64,000 nt of DNA from Parvularcula marina. Its GTDB lineage: Bacteria; Pseudomonadota; Alphaproteobacteria; Caulobacterales; Parvularculaceae. How positions within the stretch are numbered: the first letter of the stretch is position 1; each line of letters opens with the position of its first letter. Both the position numbers and the translations under genes were made by a program. The stretch covers positions 316,290 through 380,289 of the forward strand of contig NZ_QUQO01000002.1 of the NCBI RefSeq assembly GCF_003399445.1. Direction: 5' to 3'. A model generated the notes under the pieces. It did no database searches and was not told the DNA's origin. It saw nothing but the letters and a program-made list of their open reading frames with translations. Shown in pieces: positions 9,106 through 19,508 of the stretch.

Positions 9106-10287
9106 ATGAGAAGAGCGCTCGGCATTGCCGCTGCCATGTTACTGGTATCCTGTAGCGGAGAGGCGCCCGAAGAGGCGGCGCCGGTCGAGGAGAGGGCCGC
9201 CATGGCGCCAGCCGCCGATGAAGCAGAGGTAGTGCTGAACCTGCCGGCACCGCGCGAAGGGGTGACCGAGGACCGCATGGCGCTGCTCGCGCTCACTTGT
9301 GTGCACAAGCAGTATCCCAACAAGATTTCCCATGTTCTGAGCTCGGACGCTGATGCGAAAACGCCCAAAGAGCTGTTCCCGGCCTTTTATGGCTGTTTTG
9401 ACTGGCATTCCTCCGTGCACGGGCACTGGCTGTTGACCCGCATTCTGAAGACCGATCCTGAAGGCCCGATGACGGATGTCATTATCGAGAGCCTGTCGGA
9501 GAGCTTCACACCTGAAAATATCACAGGCGAGGTGGCCTATGTCTCGGCGGACGGCCGGGCCTCTTTTGAACGGCCCTACGGGCTTGCCTGGTTCCTCCAA
9601 CTCGTCGCGGAACTTGAGGAATCAGATGATCCCCAATTGCGAGAATGGCGCGAGACACTGCGCCCGCTCGAAGAGGCGATCGTCGTCAAGGTCAAGGCAT
9701 GGCTGCCCAATCTGGTCTATCCCATTCGTCTGGGCACGCATAATCAGAGCGCTTTCGGCTTTGCGCTGATGCTCGATTATGCGCGGACCGTGGGGGATGA
9801 GGAGTTCGAGGCGCTGCTGGTCCAGAAATCCCGCGCGTTCCATCTGGGCGATATCAATTGCCCGCTCGCCTATGAGCCGTCGGGCGAGGATTTCCTCTCG
9901 CCCTGTTTTCAGGAAGCGGATCTGATGCGCCGGGTCCTGCCGCAGGATGAGTTCGCCGAATGGCTGTCTTCCTTCCTGCCGCAGATCCCCGTTGATGGAT
10001 CGGGCGACTGGCTGGAGCCGGGGATCGTCACAGATGCTAGTGACGGCAAGCTGGTCCACCTTGATGGGGTCAACCTCTCACGCGCCTGGGCAATGACCGG
10101 GATCGCGAAAGCTCTGCCTGAGGACGATCCGCGTAAAGACGCCCTCTATGCGAGTGCCGAGCTCCACCGGGAAACCGGGATCGCTTCGATCTCGTCGGAA
10201 AATTATGAGGGCTCGCACTGGTTGGGCAGTTTCGCCACTTATCTGACGACAGCGCGCGGCATCACCGGTGCGGGAGCGCCCAAGTGA
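9106..10287 (+). CDS. DUF2891 family lipoprotein
   Basis: Lipobox LLVSCS and the conserved [10 protein letters not shown] motif typical of DUF2891. Confidence 0.6.
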   Translation: MRRALGIAAAMLLVSCSGEAPEEAAPVEERAAMAPAADEAEVVLNLPAPREGVTEDRMALLALTCVHKQYPNKISHVLSSDADAKTPKELFPAFYGCFDWHSSVHGHWLLTRILKTDPEGPMTDVIIESLSESFTPENITGEVAYVSADGRASFERPYGLAWFLQLVAELEESDDPQLREWRETLRPLEEAIVVKVKAWLPNLVYPIRLGTHNQSAFGFALMLDYARTVGDEEFEALLVQKSRAFHLGDINCPLAYEPSGEDFLSPCFQEADLMRRVLPQDEFAEWLSSFLPQIPVDGSGDWLEPGIVTDASDGKLVHLDGVNLSRAWAMTGIAKALPEDDPRKDALYASAELHRETGIASISSENYEGSHWLGSFATYLTTARGITGAGAPK

Positions 10288-11492
10288 AGCTGCGGATCGG
10301 ACCGGGCGCACTCGTTGCAGCAGCATTCATTGGCCCCGGCACGGTCACGACCTGCACACTAGCGGGAGCGAATTTCGGCTTTGCGCTCGTCTGGGCACTG
10401 GTCTTTGCGACCCTCGCCACGATCCTCTTGCAGGACATGGCAGCGCGGCTCGGTGCGGGCGCCAAGCGGGGCCTGGGCGAAGCGCTGATGGAGACGCTGC
10501 CCGCGGGACCAGTGCGGATCGGCGCGGCGGTGCTGGTTTTCCTCGCGATTGCCGTTGGGAATGCCGCCTATGAGGCCGGCAATCTTGCGGGCGGCGCGCT
10601 CGGGCTTGGCGCGATCCTCGGGGAGGGCGCGCATTCGCAGAAATGGGCCGTGGCCGGATTGTCTCTGCTGGCCGGCGCGCTGTTGCTGCTGGGCAAATAC
10701 AAGACGCTGGAGAAAGTGCTGATCGGGCTCGTCATCCTGATGAGCCTTGCCTTTGCGGCGACCGCCGTCATGGTGCGGCCCGATCTTGGGGCCTTTGCCG
10801 GCGGCCTTGTTCCGCGCGTGCCCGAGGGCGGGCTGCTGACCGCGATTGCCCTGATCGGCACGACCATCGTGCCTTATAATCTCTTCCTTCATGCCGCTGC
10901 CGCCAAGCGCCGCTGGCCCGATGGCGATGCGAGTGCGGCGCGCAGCGACACTGTTCTGTCGGTCGGGCTTGGCGGGATTGTCTCTATCCTGATCGTCTCG
11001 GTGGCGGCAGGCGCGGCGTTCTCTGCCGGGCTCGAAATTGCCAATGCCGCTGACATGGCACGGTCGCTAGAGCCACTGGCCGGAACCTGGGCGCGGTATC
11101 TTTTGGGCGCAGGGCTGCTGGCCGCAGGGCTGACCTCTGCGATCACGGCGCCGCTTGCGGCAGGCTATGCCCTGTCGGAGATGGTGCCCAATGTCTCGGA
11201 TGCGGGCCGGGCACGGCTTCTCAAAGCAACGGCGCTGGTCATCCTCGGCATCGGTATGACGGTCGGCCTTCTTGGCATTCGCCCTGTGACGCTGATCCTT
11301 GTCGCGCAGGCGGCAAACGGGCTGCTCCTGCCGATCATCGCGGGGTTCCTCCTCTATGTGATGAACCGGAAGGGTCTCTTGGGAGGCCATGCCAATGGGA
11401 TGCTCGCCAATCTGGGTGGATTGCTCGTGGTGCTGATCACTTTCGGGCTGGGGCTGCGCGGTGTCTTAAGGGCGCTGGGCGTCTGGCCCTGA
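10284..11492 (+). CDS. Nramp-family divalent metal transporter (MntH-like)
   Basis: GPGxxT and DMAARLG-type Nramp signature motifs near the N-terminus and about 11 TM helices. It overlaps the upstream gene by 4 bp. Confidence 0.7.
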   Translation: MKLRIGPGALVAAAFIGPGTVTTCTLAGANFGFALVWALVFATLATILLQDMAARLGAGAKRGLGEALMETLPAGPVRIGAAVLVFLAIAVGNAAYEAGNLAGGALGLGAILGEGAHSQKWAVAGLSLLAGALLLLGKYKTLEKVLIGLVILMSLAFAATAVMVRPDLGAFAGGLVPRVPEGGLLTAIALIGTTIVPYNLFLHAAAAKRRWPDGDASAARSDTVLSVGLGGIVSILIVSVAAGAAFSAGLEIANAADMARSLEPLAGTWARYLLGAGLLAAGLTSAITAPLAAGYALSEMVPNVSDAGRARLLKATALVILGIGMTVGLLGIRPVTLILVAQAANGLLLPIIAGFLLYVMNRKGLLGGHANGMLANLGGLLVVLITFGLGLRGVLRALGVWP

Positions 11493-12425
11493 TCAATCCC
11501 TTGGCGCCGCAGCTCTTTTGAGCCGGTCATTGATCGCCGCCCCCAGACCCTCATCAGGGATGGGGGCAACCGCAATGGGTTTCGCCATGCTGTCCATCTG
11601 CCGTAGATAGGCAAAGAGATGGGCGGCGGCTTCGCGCAAATTGCCAGACGGGGAGAGGTCGAGCGTCGCGCCATTGCTCCCGCCAAAGCCCAGAAGGATC
11701 TCGCCCTCGCGGGGTTCCTCCGCCTCAAGACGAACTTTTGCTTGCGGCGCGTAGTGGCTGGTCATCATGCCGGGCGCGGAGATGCCGTCACCGGGGGCGG
11801 CGAGCTTCATGCCGAGGACTGCTTCGATCACCTCGTGCGAGATCGCGCCGGGACGCAGCAAAGTAGGGTGATCGCCCGCAAGACCGACAATCGTGCTTTC
11901 AAGCCCGATCTCGCATGGTCCGCCATCGAGGACCGGGACGGTATCGCCGAACTCACTCGCCACATGCTCAGCGGTGGTCGGGCTGATCCGGCCTGAGCGA
12001 TTGGCGCTGGGCGCCACGAAGGGGCCGTCAAAGGCGCGTAAGACCGCGCGCGCCACCTCATGGGCGGGACAACGGATCGCCACCGTGTCGAGCCCGGCAG
12101 TGACCAGTGGTGCTACGGGCGCGTCAGCTCGCAAGGGCAGAACGAGGGTCAGCGCTCCTGGCCAGAAGGCCTCGATCAACCGAACTGCTGTAGAGCTGAA
12201 CTCGCCGATACGGGCGGCGGCGGCCCGGTCCGGCACATGGACGATCAGCGGGTTGAAGCGCGGGCGGCCCTTTGTTTCATAGATCTGCGCGACCACTTCG
12301 CCATTGGCGGCGTCGGCGGCGAGCCCGTAGACCGTCTCGGTCGGCAGCGCGATAAGACGTCCCGCGCGCAACACATCAGCGGCGCGGGTCACATTGTCGG
12401 GCGAAGCGGTCCAGATAGATGACAT
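11493..12425 (-). CDS. tsaC: L-threonylcarbamoyladenylate synthase (Sua5/TsaC family, long form)
   Basis: YrdC-domain motifs LPTETVYGL and KGRPxxNPLIVHV, plus a Sua5 C-terminal domain. Confidence 0.85.
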   Translation of the reverse strand: MSSIWTASPDNVTRAADVLRAGRLIALPTETVYGLAADAANGEVVAQIYETKGRPRFNPLIVHVPDRAAAARIGEFSSTAVRLIEAFWPGALTLVLPLRADAPVAPLVTAGLDTVAIRCPAHEVARAVLRAFDGPFVAPSANRSGRISPTTAEHVASEFGDTVPVLDGGPCEIGLESTIVGLAGDHPTLLRPGAISHEVIEAVLGMKLAAPGDGISAPGMMTSHYAPQAKVRLEAEEPREGEILLGFGGSNGATLDLSPSGNLREAAAHLFAYLRQMDSMAKPIAVAPIPDEGLGAAINDRLKRAAAPRD

Positions 12426-12532
12426 CCGCGCTCGATAGCGCGACTTGTCAGGATGCGCACGCCCCTTGCGGCGGGCGCCCGGCCTAATGTAGACAGTGTC
12501 AAAATACTGCCAGAATTTGAGGAGCCGCCCGG

Positions 12533-14329
12533 ATGCCCTATCAGACCCCCGTCAAAGACATGCAATTCCTGCTCAATCACGCGGCGAATTTCGACGCGGT
12601 ACGTGAGACGGGCGCGTTCGAGGATCTCTCGCCCGATCTTGTCGAGGCGGTGCTGACCGAGGCCGGCAAGCTTGCCGATAATGTCTTTGCCCCGCTCAAC
12701 TGGGACAGTGACCAGAACGGCGCGCGGCTGGAGAATGGGCAGGTCTATACGACCCCCGGCTTCAAGGAAGCCTATCAACAATATGTCGAGGGCGGATGGA
12801 ATGCGCTCGGCTTTTCGTCCGAATTTGGCGGGCAGGACATGCCCCAGACCCTCGCGCTGATGGTCTTCGAAGCGCTCTGCGCGGGCTGCCTCAGCCTTGC
12901 CATGGGATTCTCGCTGACGACCGGGGCGGCAAAGGCGCTGTTTGCGAGCGGTACGGATGAACAAAAGAAACTCTTCCTGCCCAAGCTGGTCTCTGGCGAA
13001 TGGGCGGGGACGATGAATCTCTCCGAACCGCAGGCAGGGTCAGACCTTGCCAATATCAAATGCAAGGCGGAGCCGGTCGGTGACGGGTGCTACAAGATCA
13101 AGGGCACCAAGATCTGGATTTCCTATGGCGATCACGACCTGACCGAGAATATCTGCCACCTCGTGCTGGCGCGCCTGCCCGATGCGCCGGAGGGGACGCG
13201 CGGCATCTCCATGTTCCTCGTCCCGAAATATCGCGTCGATGAAGACGGGAATGTCGGTGAGCGGAACGATGTCACCATTGTCAGCATCGAGGAAAAGCTC
13301 GGCCAGCACGGCTCACCGACCTGTGTCATGAGCTATGGCGAGCATGATGAATGTTTCGGCACCCTTGTCGGCAAGGAGCATGAGGGGCTTAAGAACATGT
13401 TCGTCATGATGAATGCCGCCCGGATCGATGTCGGCACGCAGGGTTATGCGGTGGGTGAACGCAGCTTCCAGAAGGCCGCCGAATACGCTCATGACCGCCC
13501 GCAGGGCCGCGAATATGGCGTAAAGTCCGGTCCTGCCATCCCGATCGTTCAGCACCCGGATGTACGCCGCAATTTGATGACGATGAAGGCGCTGACCGAT
13601 GCCGGGCGGGCCATCGGCTATGCCAGCATCGTGGCCTATGATGTCGCGCATCACTCGTCCGATGAGGAGACCCGCCGCGCCGCAAAAGAGCGCGAGGAGC
13701 TTCTCACGCCGCTGTCCAAAGCCTTCCCGACAGAGCGGGTGATGGAGGTCACCAATCTGGGCATCCAGATCCATGGCGGCATGGGCTTTGTCGAAGAAAC
13801 AGGCGCTGCGCAATTCTTCCGTGATAGCCGTATCTCGGCCATCTATGAGGGGACGACCGGCATTCAGGCCATCGACCTTGTGGGCCGCAAGCTCGGCATG
13901 GGTGCGGGCAAGCTCGCCTATGATTTCATCGAGGAAGCTGAAGCGCTTGCGGCTGCCTTGTCGGGCAGCGGGCATGACGGGCTCGGTTCTATCGGCGAAA
14001 ATCTGCAGACGGCGCTGTCGGGGTTGAAAGAGACGACCCGATTCATGGTCGCGGCCATGGCGGAAGACCCCGAGACCGGGCTCACCGGCGCGACACCGTA
14101 TCTGGACCAGTTCGGTTATGTCGCCGGCGGCTATTATCTGGCGCGGTCCGCTTTTGCGGCAGCGGGGCTGGCGGCGAGCGGCGAGGATGAGCCCTATCAT
14201 CAGGGCCGGATCGATGTCGCACGCTTCTATGCCGAGAATCTGCTGCCCCGCGCGACGGGTCTCATCCCTTCGGTGATCGCGGGCAAAGGTACGTTACCGT
14301 CCGCCGACAGCCAGCTCTTCTCCGCGTGA
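12533..14329 (+). CDS. Acyl-CoA dehydrogenase, long C-terminal-domain type
   Basis: 598 aa. The ACAD core (YGxHxGG region around IQIHGGMGF) is followed by a C-terminal extension. Confidence 0.8.
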   Translation: MPYQTPVKDMQFLLNHAANFDAVRETGAFEDLSPDLVEAVLTEAGKLADNVFAPLNWDSDQNGARLENGQVYTTPGFKEAYQQYVEGGWNALGFSSEFGGQDMPQTLALMVFEALCAGCLSLAMGFSLTTGAAKALFASGTDEQKKLFLPKLVSGEWAGTMNLSEPQAGSDLANIKCKAEPVGDGCYKIKGTKIWISYGDHDLTENICHLVLARLPDAPEGTRGISMFLVPKYRVDEDGNVGERNDVTIVSIEEKLGQHGSPTCVMSYGEHDECFGTLVGKEHEGLKNMFVMMNAARIDVGTQGYAVGERSFQKAAEYAHDRPQGREYGVKSGPAIPIVQHPDVRRNLMTMKALTDAGRAIGYASIVAYDVAHHSSDEETRRAAKEREELLTPLSKAFPTERVMEVTNLGIQIHGGMGFVEETGAAQFFRDSRISAIYEGTTGIQAIDLVGRKLGMGAGKLAYDFIEEAEALAAALSGSGHDGLGSIGENLQTALSGLKETTRFMVAAMAEDPETGLTGATPYLDQFGYVAGGYYLARSAFAAAGLAASGEDEPYHQGRIDVARFYAENLLPRATGLIPSVIAGKGTLPSADSQLFSA

Positions 14330-14610
14330 AGCGTCAGCCGATTGAGTAAGTTCTGAGTGTGACTAGCCGCGGCCTATAGGGCTGGAATTGTAAAAAACGA
14401 CTGATTTGCCCAAGCGTACAGGCGCTTGAGAGGCATCGCCGCCATCTTGTTCCTTGACCTCAACGGCTTTCATCTGGAAGCCTCCCGGACGGAAGTTGTT
14501 GAAACCGTCTTCAGCTGGCGGCGAGTGAGCTGGATGAAGCGAGCTTCGCCAGATGGCTCGAAGCAATGTGTGTGCCCGTTGGCGGGTAAGTAAGAGGGGC
14601 AGTCGGGGGC

Positions 14611-15582
14611 ATGGTGTTGAATGCCGAGTGGATTTACTGGGGCAGCTTCCTGCTGTTGCCGGTGCTGGCTGTCCTGTTGTCAGCGGCGATGGGTGGCCAT
14701 TGGCTCAAGCGCGTTCTTGCGCTCATTTTCACCGTGCCGGTCGCACTCCTCGTCTATGCGCGCTTCGTTGAGCCTCAGCGGCTGATCCGGGTCGCGACCG
14801 ATGTCGAGATCTGCGGGCAGGGCCTGCCGGGCACGATCAAGGCAGCCGTTCTCTCCGATGTGCATCAGGGCATTTTCCGCAATGCCGTCTCGGTGCCGCG
14901 CCTTGTGAAGACCATCAATCGCAGCAATCCGGATATCGTCCTGATTGCTGGCGACTTCACCTATGATCTGCCGCCCGAGAAATTCGAAAAAACCTTCGCT
15001 GCGTTCAAGCACCTTAAGGCGCCGGTTTATGGCGTGCTCGGCAATCATGATAATATTCACGGTCCGGAATATCGTGAGAAGCTGATCGACGCGCTTGAGA
15101 AGTCTGGCGTCACCATGCTGGCACCGGGCGAGGATGTTTTCCGCAAGGATGGCAAATTCATCCGTATCGTCGGTATCCGGGATATGGACTCATTCCTCGG
15201 CAAGACAGAAACGCTGGGCGAGTATCCTGCCCCCGGCGGTATGCCGAGCATCGTTCTGTCGCACAGTCCCGAAGTCATCGGGCGCTCCGAGACCGGCCAT
15301 TACGATCTGATGGTCACCGGGCATACTCATGGCGGTCAGGTCTGGATCCCGAAGGTCACCTGCGAGCTGACGACCGCTTGCCGGACATGGCGCTATGGCC
15401 TTGCCGAGACGCCGACCGGCAAGCTGTTTGTCACATCCGGCACCGGCATGACGGCCTTGCCGATCCGTTTTAACATGCAGCCGCGGATCGATATTCTGCG
15501 GGTACAGATCAACCGGTGCGAGGCGCAGCCATTTGGCGATGTCATGCGGGTATTCCCGCATGACCAGGGCTCGCAGAATTAA
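14611..15582 (+). CDS. Membrane-anchored metallophosphoesterase (calcineurin-like)
   Basis: N-terminal TM helices, then GDFTYD...GNHD...GHTHGG metallophosphatase motifs. Confidence 0.75.
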   Translation: MVLNAEWIYWGSFLLLPVLAVLLSAAMGGHWLKRVLALIFTVPVALLVYARFVEPQRLIRVATDVEICGQGLPGTIKAAVLSDVHQGIFRNAVSVPRLVKTINRSNPDIVLIAGDFTYDLPPEKFEKTFAAFKHLKAPVYGVLGNHDNIHGPEYREKLIDALEKSGVTMLAPGEDVFRKDGKFIRIVGIRDMDSFLGKTETLGEYPAPGGMPSIVLSHSPEVIGRSETGHYDLMVTGHTHGGQVWIPKVTCELTTACRTWRYGLAETPTGKLFVTSGTGMTALPIRFNMQPRIDILRVQINRCEAQPFGDVMRVFPHDQGSQN

Positions 15583-15592
15583 GCGTAGGGGC

Positions 15593-17413
15593 TTACGCCG
15601 TCAGCGCCGAGAAAGCCGGTTGAGCCTCGATGAAGCGGCGGTGTACTTCCGCATAGGTCTCCCGGTAGATCCGGTCGATCTCGGCACCATCCATAAAGCC
15701 ATCCGAGAAGCCGGGCGAAACCGGATCAATGACCGATCGCGCAGCTTCTTCCATATGGGCAAGCAGGCGGCGAGGATCCTCAAGGCCGACCGAGATACGG
15801 ATCGTGGTCGGCGAGATGCCGGCTTCGGCTTGGGCTTCGCGTGACATCTCCGAATGGCTGGTGAGGCCGGGGCAGAGCGCCAGCGTGTTGGTCTGGCCGA
15901 GTGAGACCTGAAGGCCGATAGCGGGCTCGAGGCTGTCAAAGAAGCGTTTGAAGATGTCCGGCTCCAGCGCGGGCTGATCGCCTTTCTTCTCGAAATCGAT
16001 GGTGAAGAGGCCGGCGGGAAGTTCAAGATATAAATGCTCCTTGAGCTGAGCATGGTTCGGGTGATCTTCCAGCGCTGGGCTGTTCACATTGATGCGCGGA
16101 TGGGCGTGGAGTGCTTTTGTCAGGGTGATCGTGTTGATCGCCTTGGCGATGACCCGCATCTCGTAGGTCTTAAGGCCCGAGAGTACCTCATAGGCTTTAT
16201 CGGCATCGAGGAAGGCGCCTTTGATGTAATAGACGTTCCAGAACATGGTGTGATCCCATGTCAGCTCTTCCTCCTCACCCTTCCAGTTGGTGAGGGTCAT
16301 GCTCTCGCCCTTGGGCATGAACATGCGCTCGCCGCGGCCAATGACGACACCGGCTGTCGTCGCGCCGCCGCCGGTCATTTCCTTTGTGTAGGAATGGATG
16401 ATGTAGTCCGGGCGCTCGATTTTCGATGGATTGCGCAAGAGCGGCGAAAGGAAAGGTGTGCCGACCGTCGCATCGCAGACGACCGTCCAGCCATGCTCGT
16501 GCGCAAGACGCGACATGGCCGGCACGTCGAGCACATTGCCATGCGGGTTACACGGACTTTCGATATAGACATAGATCTTGCGGCCCCGCGCCAGCCGGTC
16601 AGCATGTTTGGCTTCTGCTGCTTCTAGCGCTTTCTTGAAGGCGGCCTCATCAAAGCCGTCGAACCATTCGACCGCGACATTGAGGTTTGATTCCTTGCCG
16701 AACCAGTCATGCAGAAGCTGGTAGGTCCCACCATAGACATTGCGCGAGGCAAGGATGACATCCTCATAGCCGACAAGATGCGAGAGCAGGCCGTCAATTG
16801 CCGCCATGCCCGAATTATAGTTCCAGGCGAGATATTCGGCGCTTTCCGGGCCGCATTCGAGATCGACCACGTGATTGGCGAGCGCAATCGAGGTCGGGTT
16901 CATTAGGCGCGAATAGATCTCGTGCAGGAATTCCCGGCCGGTAAAGGCATCCTCCACCCATTCCGTACACGCATAGATATAGGTGGCGGTCCGGGTGATG
17001 ACGGGGGAGGCGGCAAAGAGCGCCGTCACATTGTCAAAGATCGGATAGGGGCCCTTCGCGGCAAAACCTGCATCATGCGTGACCAGCGACTGATAGGTCG
17101 CGCGCATCGGATTTTGTAGCGTGTCGAGAATCTTCGCGAGCTGGAAGCACAGGAATCGCTTGGCATTGAAATAGGCGATGCGGTCAGAGCGGTCGAGATC
17201 GCCGATCGTCTCCATGGTCCGCGCCCAAAGCGTGTGGGCATCGAGATTGAGCGAATAAAGCCGGGCTGTGAAATCCTTCAGCGCTTCGCCATAGGCGGTG
17301 TTCTCGTCGATTCCGAAATGGGCAAGCTGTTCACTCGCCAGCGCTTCGGGCGTGTCGGCGGACGTTGTGTTGCGCAGCGGGCTCAATTGCCTGATAGGGG
17401 TGTTTCCGGTCAT
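15593..17413 (-). CDS. Cys/Met-metabolism PLP-dependent enzyme (trans-sulfuration family, ~600-aa long form)
   Basis: SYTKEMTGGG PLP-lysine motif. A GAGGAAG Shine-Dalgarno sequence lies upstream of the ATG at 17413. The 1008-aa track ORF runs on antisense to lolE. Confidence 0.7.
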   Translation of the reverse strand: MTGNTPIRQLSPLRNTTSADTPEALASEQLAHFGIDENTAYGEALKDFTARLYSLNLDAHTLWARTMETIGDLDRSDRIAYFNAKRFLCFQLAKILDTLQNPMRATYQSLVTHDAGFAAKGPYPIFDNVTALFAASPVITRTATYIYACTEWVEDAFTGREFLHEIYSRLMNPTSIALANHVVDLECGPESAEYLAWNYNSGMAAIDGLLSHLVGYEDVILASRNVYGGTYQLLHDWFGKESNLNVAVEWFDGFDEAAFKKALEAAEAKHADRLARGRKIYVYIESPCNPHGNVLDVPAMSRLAHEHGWTVVCDATVGTPFLSPLLRNPSKIERPDYIIHSYTKEMTGGGATTAGVVIGRGERMFMPKGESMTLTNWKGEEEELTWDHTMFWNVYYIKGAFLDADKAYEVLSGLKTYEMRVIAKAINTITLTKALHAHPRINVNSPALEDHPNHAQLKEHLYLELPAGLFTIDFEKKGDQPALEPDIFKRFFDSLEPAIGLQVSLGQTNTLALCPGLTSHSEMSREAQAEAGISPTTIRISVGLEDPRRLLAHMEEAARSVIDPVSPGFSDGFMDGAEIDRIYRETYAEVHRRFIEAQPAFSALTA

Positions 17414-17521
17414 GGCATCTTCCTCTGTCCATGCGGTTTTTCTAGGCGGGCCGGGCGCGGCATGGTCGTCTGTCCCGACCGTCATTTTCAGATGGGTTGC
17501 AAATAGCGGTAAGCCACCAGC

Positions 17522-18823
17522 ATGAGTTCCACAACATCGAAAATCGGGTCCGCGCGGCCCTTCGGCCGCTTCGAATGGAGTGTGGCCCGACGGTATCTCG
17601 GGGCGACCCGCAAGGGCGCCGGGGTCAGCCTCATTTCCATCATCGCCTTTGCCGGGATCATGCTGTCGGTTGCGACGCTGATCGTGGTGATGAGTGTGTT
17701 TCAGGGCTTCCGGGTGATGCTGCTCAGCCAGCTCCTCAGCGTCTCGGGACATGTCTATGTCACCGAAGACGGCTTGCCGATGACGGAATATGAGGGACGG
17801 GTCGAGGCGCTTTCCGCTGAACCCTATGTCGAGCGCGTGACACCGATCCTGAATGTCGATTCCTATTTCGTGACTGACTGGGGGCAGGCCCCGGCGCGAA
17901 TCGTCGGGATCGAGCGCGATGACCTTTTTGCGATTGAGGAAGTCTCCTCGCCGCAGAGTCTGCTTGATGGATCGCTTGAGACCTTCGGGCAGGGCCGGAA
18001 GGGCGGTGACCAGATCGCCATGGGCTATCGCATCGCCAACCAGCTTGGCGTGCGCGCAGGGGATCCGGTGACGGTGATCACGGCGGGCGGGCAGGAGACG
18101 GCATTTGGCCGTCCGCCCACGACGCAAAAGAACTATCAGGTCGCGGCGCGCTTCAGCGTCGGCAATACCTATTACGACAAGCTCTTTGTCTTCATGCCGC
18201 TGGAGCAGGCGCAGCTTTTTGCGCGCAAGCCAGGCGAGATTACGGAAATCGAGTTGCGCGTCACTGATCCGCTTGAGATTGACCAGTATATAGAGCGTAT
18301 CCGGGCGGCGGCCGGGCCGGGGGCGATCATCGATGACTGGCGTCAGCGGAACTCGGACATCTTCAACGCGGTCCAGACCGAGCGCGGCATCATGCGCATC
18401 CTGATGCTGATGATTGTGCTGGTTGCGACCATGCTGATCATTTCCGGTCTCGTCATGCTGGTGAAGGACAAGCGCTCGGACATCGCCGTCATGCGGACGA
18501 TGGGCGCCTCTGAAGGCATGGTCATGCGCATGTTCATGCTGACGGGCGCGACCATCGGGGTGACGGGGGCGGCTGCCGGGGTAGGGCTCGGCGCGCTGAT
18601 CATCGCCAATCTTGAGCATATCGAGCGGGTGCTCTCGGCACTCTTTGGCTTCCGGCTCTTCAACCCCAATCTTTATTATCTCGACTCGATTCCGGCCGTG
18701 TTCGAATGGCGCGAAGTCGGCATCGTCGTTGTCTTCACGCTTGCCATGTCGTTCATTTTCTCCGCCTACCCCGCATGGCGGGCCAGCCGGGTCGATCCGG
18801 TGGAGGCGCTGCGTTATGAGTGA
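17522..18823 (+). CDS. lolE: Lipoprotein-releasing system permease LolC/LolE
   Basis: FtsX-like permease with four TM helices and a large periplasmic loop. It is followed by the lolD ATPase. Confidence 0.8.
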   Translation: MSSTTSKIGSARPFGRFEWSVARRYLGATRKGAGVSLISIIAFAGIMLSVATLIVVMSVFQGFRVMLLSQLLSVSGHVYVTEDGLPMTEYEGRVEALSAEPYVERVTPILNVDSYFVTDWGQAPARIVGIERDDLFAIEEVSSPQSLLDGSLETFGQGRKGGDQIAMGYRIANQLGVRAGDPVTVITAGGQETAFGRPPTTQKNYQVAARFSVGNTYYDKLFVFMPLEQAQLFARKPGEITEIELRVTDPLEIDQYIERIRAAAGPGAIIDDWRQRNSDIFNAVQTERGIMRILMLMIVLVATMLIISGLVMLVKDKRSDIAVMRTMGASEGMVMRMFMLTGATIGVTGAAAGVGLGALIIANLEHIERVLSALFGFRLFNPNLYYLDSIPAVFEWREVGIVVVFTLAMSFIFSAYPAWRASRVDPVEALRYE

Positions 18824-19508
18824 TCAGCCAGTCCTGAAACTTGAAAATATCGTGCGGTCCTTTGATGACCTCGTCATTCTCGATGGCGCCAATCTTGAGG
18901 TCCAGCGGGGTGAGATGATCGCCCTTCTGGGCCCGTCAGGCTCGGGCAAGTCCTCGCTCCTGCATGTCGCGGGGCTGCTGGAGCCGCCGACGGGGGGCCG
19001 CGTCTATATCGATGGCGAGGATGTCAGCGATGTGAATGACAAGACGCGGACAGCGCTACGGCGTGACCGCATCGGCTTTGTCTATCAGTTCCATCACCTG
19101 CTGCCCGAGTTCAATGCCGAGGCGAATGTCAGCTTCCCCCAGCGGATTGCCGGGGTGCCGCCGGGCAAGGCGGCGGAGCGCTCGCGTGAGCTGCTTACAG
19201 GGCTCGGACTTGCGGAACGCATGGATCATCAGCCTGCGCAGCTATCGGGCGGGGAGAAACAGCGGGTCGCGATTGCGCGGGCGCTGGCCAACCGGCCGAG
19301 CCTCCTCCTTGCCGATGAGCCGACCGGCAATCTCGATGTCGAAACCTCACGCAAGGTCTTTGATGCCCTGATGAGCATTGTCCGCGGCGAGGGGCTGGCG
19401 GCGATCATCGCCACCCATGATCAGGGGCTTGCCTCACATATGGACCGTGTCGTGACGATCAAGAACCGTAAGCTGGTGCCCGGTCTGCTTGAAGTGAGCA
19501 CGGTTTAA
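18816..19508 (+). CDS. lolD: Lipoprotein-releasing system ATP-binding protein LolD
   Basis: Walker A GPSGSGKSS, an LSGGEKQR signature and a Walker B LLLADEPTGNLD. The start is an ATGAGTGA overlap with lolE. Confidence 0.85.
   Translation: MSDQPVLKLENIVRSFDDLVILDGANLEVQRGEMIALLGPSGSGKSSLLHVAGLLEPPTGGRVYIDGEDVSDVNDKTRTALRRDRIGFVYQFHHLLPEFNAEANVSFPQRIAGVPPGKAAERSRELLTGLGLAERMDHQPAQLSGGEKQRVAIARALANRPSLLLADEPTGNLDVETSRKVFDALMSIVRGEGLAAIIATHDQGLASHMDRVVTIKNRKLVPGLLEVSTV

Noticed and set aside
13313-14200. 295-aa minus-strand ORF
   Set aside because: It is antisense to the acyl-CoA dehydrogenase gene and has Arg/Gly-rich low-complexity composition.
17413-18619. 5' two-thirds of a 1008-aa minus-strand ORF
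   Set aside because: It runs antisense through lolE, which carries clear FtsX-family motifs. Only the C-terminal 606 aa, from the Shine-Dalgarno-preceded ATG at 17413, matches a PLP enzyme. The extension is a GC-rich open-frame artefact.
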